A stretch of 35,837 nucleotides of DNA, taken from Octopus bimaculoides (lineage: Eukaryota). The stretch lies in NCBI RefSeq assembly GCF_001194135.2, contig NC_069002.1:16108549-16144385 (forward strand), read 5' to 3'. The first letter of the stretch is position 1. The number at the start of each line of letters is the position of its first letter. Under the pieces are notes generated by a model. It saw nothing but the letters and a program-made list of their open reading frames with translations. It was not told the origin of the DNA and did not search any database. Positions 33,667 through 35,837 of the stretch are shown here, in pieces. The position numbers and the translations under genes were made by a program.

Positions 33667-35837
33667 TATATACATACACCAAAACACAACCACTCTAACA
33701 CACGTGTGAATGCATTTATGTTTGAACGAATACATATGAATTTATTTATGCATTATCTACACACACACCGCACGAACAAATACACACTCACACACACACA
33801 CACGCGCGTACGTACACACACATACGCCCTTCACTCTAGATAAATATATCCATTTGTTTCCCGGCACCATCATTTAATTTACTTATTCAACATCCATTCG
33901 ATATTTTATGGCTGTTTACTAAAATATGCCTCTTTTGTCTAATAAAACACGAAAGAACAGCTTCAGGAGGGAAGGTGGGCAGCGGTGGGAGGAGAAACGA
34001 ACAGATTCATATTCACTCTCTTCATCTCACTCACTTTCGCATTCAATATGTGTGTGTGTGTCTGTGTGTGTGTGTGTTACACACACGCACACACACACAT
34101 GTGTATTCATATTTATGTATATATTCAAAAATGAACATGTTTGTATAATATATATGCATATATACATGCATATATATTATACAAACATGTTTGCGGACTA
34201 AACTTTGTTATCGGATTCCATGTTGTTTACGTTTTGTGATGTCATGTACCCATATATGCATATATATTCACATGCATGTATGTATGTACATATATGTATG
34301 TATATTTGCATATATACATATATATTATTTATATATACATACATACATTCATATATATANNNNNNNNNNNNNNNNNNNNNNNNNNNNNNNNNNNNNNNNN
34401 NNNNNNNNNNNNNNNNNNNNNNNNNNNNNNNNNNNNNNNNNNNNNNNNNNNNNNNNNNNNNNNNNNNNNNNNNNNNNNNNNNNNNNNNNNNNNNNNNNNN
34501 NNNNNNNNNNNNNNNNNNNNNNNNNNNNNNNNNNNNNNNNNNNNNNNNNNNNNNNNNNNNNNNNNNNNNNNNNNNNNNNNNNNNNNNNNNNNNNNNNNNN
34601 NNNNNNNNNNNNNNNNNNNNNNNNNNNNNNNNNNNNNNNNNNNNNNNNNNNNNNNNNNNNNNNNNNNNNNNNNNNNNNNNNNNNNNNNNNNNNNNNNNNN
34701 NNNNNNNNNNNNNNNNNNNNNNNNNNNNNNNNNNNNNNNNNNNNNNNNNNNNNNNNNNNNNNNNNNNNNNNNNNNNNNNNNNNNNNNNNNNNNNNNNNNN
34801 NNNNNNNNNNNNNNNNNNNNNNNNNNNNNNNNNNNNNNNNNNNNNNNNNNNNNNNNNNNNNNNNNNNNNNNNNNNNNNNNNNNNNNNNNNNNNNNNNNNN
34901 NNNNNNNNNNNNNNNNNNNNNNNNNNNNNNNNNNNNNNNNNNNNNNNNNNNNNNNNNNNNNNNNNNNTATATATATATATATATATATATGCGTGTGTAT
35001 GTATTCACTTATAAATGTAATACATTTATATACGAACCTTCCTTCAAATTTCAAGCATAACATACGCTTTCCTTTATAAGACAACCTACATGTACATATC
35101 TATAACTATCACTTACTGTTATTCAAAAGGCACTCATAGATTCATGCTGTATAAATGTTAGAATTACAATTATTCAGTCACATGATTAGGTAAATGTGCA
35201 ATCAAGCATAAACTGTAAAGAATTAGCTGCACTTTCACAGAATGCTATTCACATATTGATACATACGTATATTCACAAAAACACACATATATTCAAATTT
35301 CTGATCCCTACAAATATTATGAACGAATGATTATCTCCTTTGTAACAACTGTCTTCTAGGGGAGACTACCTGTGTATGGGTGTGTATGTGTGTATGAGCA
35401 ACTTTTCTGTGTCACCTTACGTTGTTTCTCCCTCTAAAGCTTTCCTTAGTCATCACACACGACCGAGAATGACCTGATGGTTTCTGCTGTGGCAACGCTA
35501 ACTGCCTTAGATGTTTATGTAGTTGTAAGTAAAGCTATCTCAGCTCTTCCAGTCGTGGTGCACTGAAACATCGAGGTTGTGACAGCGAGAAGAAGAGAAA
35601 CGAAGAGGAAGAAAGAAAGAAAGAAAGAAAGCTGCAACAATAGAGTGGTACGCATTTACAGCTGAGTAGACTGGAAGAGCGTAAAATGAATTGCTTTGTT
35701 CAAGTTCAGAGTAAAATGCCTCTTCAAGGTTCGAACACACGTCCATATAATCGTGAGCCCAAAGTTCAATATCCTAAGCACTAGACTACACGCACACATT
35801 TCTATGTGTGCGTGTGTATATATATATATATATATAT

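Noticed and set aside
35540-35746. ORF with NLEEAFYSELEQ resembling a LINE endonuclease motif
   Set aside because: No other endonuclease motifs, and the ORF runs into a (GAAA)n repeat.

Overview
AT-rich, repeat-dense animal genomic DNA from a gappy scaffold: 12 N-runs, about 6.3 kb in total, nearly all flanked by microsatellites. The microsatellite load and the SINE families resemble octopus (coleoid cephalopod) DNA; this is recognition from memory, not a database result. No intact protein-coding gene is recognisable, and almost all of the supplied ORFs are artefacts of simple repeats or N-gaps. Identifiable content: (i) at least four tRNA-derived SINE types in about 15 copies or fragments; (ii) 3' fragments of R4/Dong-like (RLE) and L1/Tx1-like LINEs; (iii) a ~540-bp interspersed repeat tied to (ATT)n tracts; (iv) three dead Tc1/mariner transposases, one with DD36E spacing; (v) several foldback/MITE elements. 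The most interesting signal is a set of minimal hammerhead-ribozyme motifs of the Penelope-like-element type (CUGANGA + extra A + stem II + GAA + palindromic ACGU/AUAU + H). One looks intact, in the 3' tail of a tRNA-derived SINE (19670-19715). Two lie head-to-head in an inverted repeat (23105-23408). Degenerate copies sit in other repeats. A second signal is chains of retroelements separated by (ATT)n/(TAA)n tracts. A few host exon candidates rest on splice signals only and are low confidence.
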